Assembly: GCA_963777605.1 (NCBI GenBank)
Contig: CAVZRV010000010.1
Span: 320,001-384,000, forward strand
Origin: an uncultured Acidobacteriota bacterium
Lineage (GTDB): Bacteria; Acidobacteriota; UBA6911; RPQK01; JAPXNP01
Direction: 5' to 3'
DNA: 64,000 nucleotides
Shown: piece by piece, positions 62,122 to 64,000 of the stretch
Position numbering within the stretch: position 1 is the stretch's first letter
Layout: every line of letters starts with the position of its first letter
The notes under the pieces: model-generated
The model's input: the letters and a program-made list of their open reading frames with translations, nothing else
Told to the model about the DNA's origin: nothing
Database searches by the model: none
Translations under genes and position numbers: made by a program

Positions 62122-63093
62122 TCACAGGAAACGACCCTGCACCATCTCCCCGGCCCCGGGATCGAGAATACTCCGCGCCCGCTCGACCTGGCTACGTCCA
62201 TCCGAAAAGTAGAGCGCAGTTCCGGGAACGTGATTGTCGAACAACCGCAACAAGGTCGCCGGCGGCACTCCGTTGCGGGCGGCGACGAAGGCCAGGAGGC
62301 TCCCGTAGGCCCTCGCCAGGTCCACGCGGCCATAGCTCGTGACCGGCTGTTCGACCAGGGTCATCCGCTGCACCTGTCCAAACGTGGCACCGCCCAGGGC
62401 AAGGTCTGCAAACGGAAGGAATTCGCAGGCGAACGTCCACACCGCAGGATCTTCCGGCATCGCCGCCAGACTCTCTACCGCGGCGCGCGCCGCCTCCCTC
62501 GAATAGACTCGGTATCCACTCTGGATATCCGGTTCGATGCCGCCCCAGAATCGCCGATCGATTACCCGGCCCTCACGGGCCAGGAGAAAATCGAGGAGAT
62601 CCAACAGGACCCGGTTGGTCAGTTGTTCCCACTCCTCCCGCAGCCAGCCCATCGGCTTGGCGAGAGAGGGTCTCGCACCCATCACCATGATCCGACGTTG
62701 TGCTGCCAGGCGGGAGATCTCCCGGGCCATGCTGACCAACCGCGGGAGATCCTCCAGGGCGTGGTCTCCGTCGCAATCCCGGGTCGCAATGTACTCCGCG
62801 TCGCTGGTCTCGACCAGGTGCCGAAGACCGGCCTGGATCGCCCCACCCTTGCCCCGATTCTCCTCCAGCCGGAAAAACGGAACCTCCAGCCTGCGCACGG
62901 CCGATTCCGTAATCGTTTCCCGGTCAACCACAACCAGCAACCGCTCGGGACGGCAGTAAACCTCTGAATCCTCGAGCACCGCCTCGAGAATGGAATGCAC
63001 GACTTCCGACCGGACATCGGGAGAGAAGTAGGCAGGCACGACTACCGCAGTCGATGCACGGACCTCATCCAGGGTCATCAAACGACGGCTCAT
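62122..63093 (-). CDS. GT2 glycosyltransferase (DPM-synthase-like)
   Basis: VVVPAY, ENRGKGGAI, RDCDGDH, GAR, DIQSGYRVYS; ATG at 63093 with GGAGG SD. Confidence 0.75.
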   Translation of the reverse strand: MSRRLMTLDEVRASTAVVVPAYFSPDVRSEVVHSILEAVLEDSEVYCRPERLLVVVDRETITESAVRRLEVPFFRLEENRGKGGAIQAGLRHLVETSDAEYIATRDCDGDHALEDLPRLVSMAREISRLAAQRRIMVMGARPSLAKPMGWLREEWEQLTNRVLLDLLDFLLAREGRVIDRRFWGGIEPDIQSGYRVYSREAARAAVESLAAMPEDPAVWTFACEFLPFADLALGGATFGQVQRMTLVEQPVTSYGRVDLARAYGSLLAFVAARNGVPPATLLRLFDNHVPGTALYFSDGRSQVERARSILDPGAGEMVQGRFL

Positions 63094-63121
63094 GCTCCCC
63101 TCCCCCGGGTCAGGGAAATTC

Positions 63122-64000
63122 TCAACTGTTGGCGGCTTCAACTTCCTTCAGGGCCGGTCTCGTGATTCCCATCGCGACCTTGACCTTCTCTTCGATCTCC
63201 TGGGCGACCTTGGGGTTCTCTTTCAGGTAGGTCTTACAATTTTCACGGCCCTGACCGAGCCGTTCCTGGCCATAGGAAAACCAGGATCCCGACTTGTCCA
63301 CGATCCGGTGTTGAACGGCGAGGTCGAGCAGTTCACCCTCGCGGGAGATCCCGTAGCCGAAAACGATGTCGAACTCGGCTTCCTTGAAGGGCGGCGCGAG
63401 TTTGTTCTTCACAACCTTAGCCTTGGTGCGGTTCCCAACGTTCTCCTCACCATCTCGAAGCGTTCCAATCCGCCTCACCTCAAGCCGTATCGAAGAGTAG
63501 AACTTCAGCGCGCGGCCACCGGTTGTCGTCTCTGGATTCCCGAACATCACGCCGATTTTCTCTCGCAGCTGGTTGATGAAGATCAGACAGGTATGCGACT
63601 TCGACACGATTCCAGTCAACTTCCGAAGGGCCTGAGACATCAGTCGTGCCTGTAGACCGACGTGAGAATCGCCCATCTCACCTTCGAGTTCCGCCCGCGG
63701 GACCAAGGCGGCCACCGAGTCCACGACCAGGATGTCGACCGCTCCGCTTCGCACCAGGACCTCGGCGATTTCGAGCGCCTGCTCTCCCGAGTCCGGTTGC
63801 GACACCAGCAGTTCGTCAATGTCCACGCCAAGGCGCCGGGCGTACTCGGCGTCCATGGCATGTTCGGCATCGATGAACGCCGCCGTACCGCCCGCCTTCT
63901 GGCCTTCAGCAATGGCATGAAGTGCCACCGTGGTCTTTCCACTCGACTCCGGTCCGTAGATCTCGACCACCCTTCCGCGAGGAAACCCGCCCACCCCGAG
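63122..64000 (-). CDS. recA: recombinase A (5' end outside the window)
   Basis: [57 protein letters not shown]. Confidence 0.99.
   Translation of the reverse strand, partial: LGVGGFPRGRVVEIYGPESSGKTTVALHAIAEGQKAGGTAAFIDAEHAMDAEYARRLGVDIDELLVSQPDSGEQALEIAEVLVRSGAVDILVVDSVAALVPRAELEGEMGDSHVGLQARLMSQALRKLTGIVSKSHTCLIFINQLREKIGVMFGNPETTTGGRALKFYSSIRLEVRRIGTLRDGEENVGNRTKAKVVKNKLAPPFKEAEFDIVFGYGISREGELLDLAVQHRIVDKSGSWFSYGQERLGQGRENCKTYLKENPKVAQEIEEKVKVAMGITRPALKEVEAANS

Overview
GC-rich bacterial chromosomal window, most likely Acidobacteriota (inference from RpoA start [11 protein letters not shown]14 LGGxxGxxAGLGD, L22 RPAPMGRA and EF-Tu [12 protein letters not shown]). 1-19.2 kb: contiguous str-S10-spc-alpha ribosomal superoperon on the minus strand (rpsL to partial rpoA). 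19.5-27.8 kb: Kdo/lipid A/ADP-heptose LPS core genes plus an ICMT-family methyltransferase and DUF3108, followed by RNase P RNA. 28-49 kb: S58 peptidase, TetR-TolC-HlyD-ABC efflux operon, LysE, ArnT-like plus LAB_N pair, an atypical topoisomerase IV, VOC protein, PEP carboxylase, nitroreductase, gluconolactonase. 49.9-57.5 kb: arsenosugar-type cluster (DedA, flavin disulfide reductase, DUF2064, ArsS radical SAM, ArsM, GT-C, GT2). 57.7-64 kb: beta-hydroxyacid dehydrogenase, sppA, yjbQ, mutM, tRNA-Gln, GT2, partial recA. Single-base frameshifts in adk, secY, rplO, tuf, sppA and mutM are probably consensus errors. No transposase, integrase, prophage or CRISPR was seen. Best leads: (1) the ArsM/ArsS cluster carries a candidate lipid-carrier glycosylation module, suggesting arsenosugar transfer to the envelope; (2) an unannotated ~110-bp GGA-rich repeat begins exactly 3 nt after the TGA of two unrelated genes; (3) an LmtA-like methyltransferase lies in the LPS cluster; (4) a candidate anti-SD sRNA and a REP-like repeat family. 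All family assignments are by motif recognition; no searches were run.
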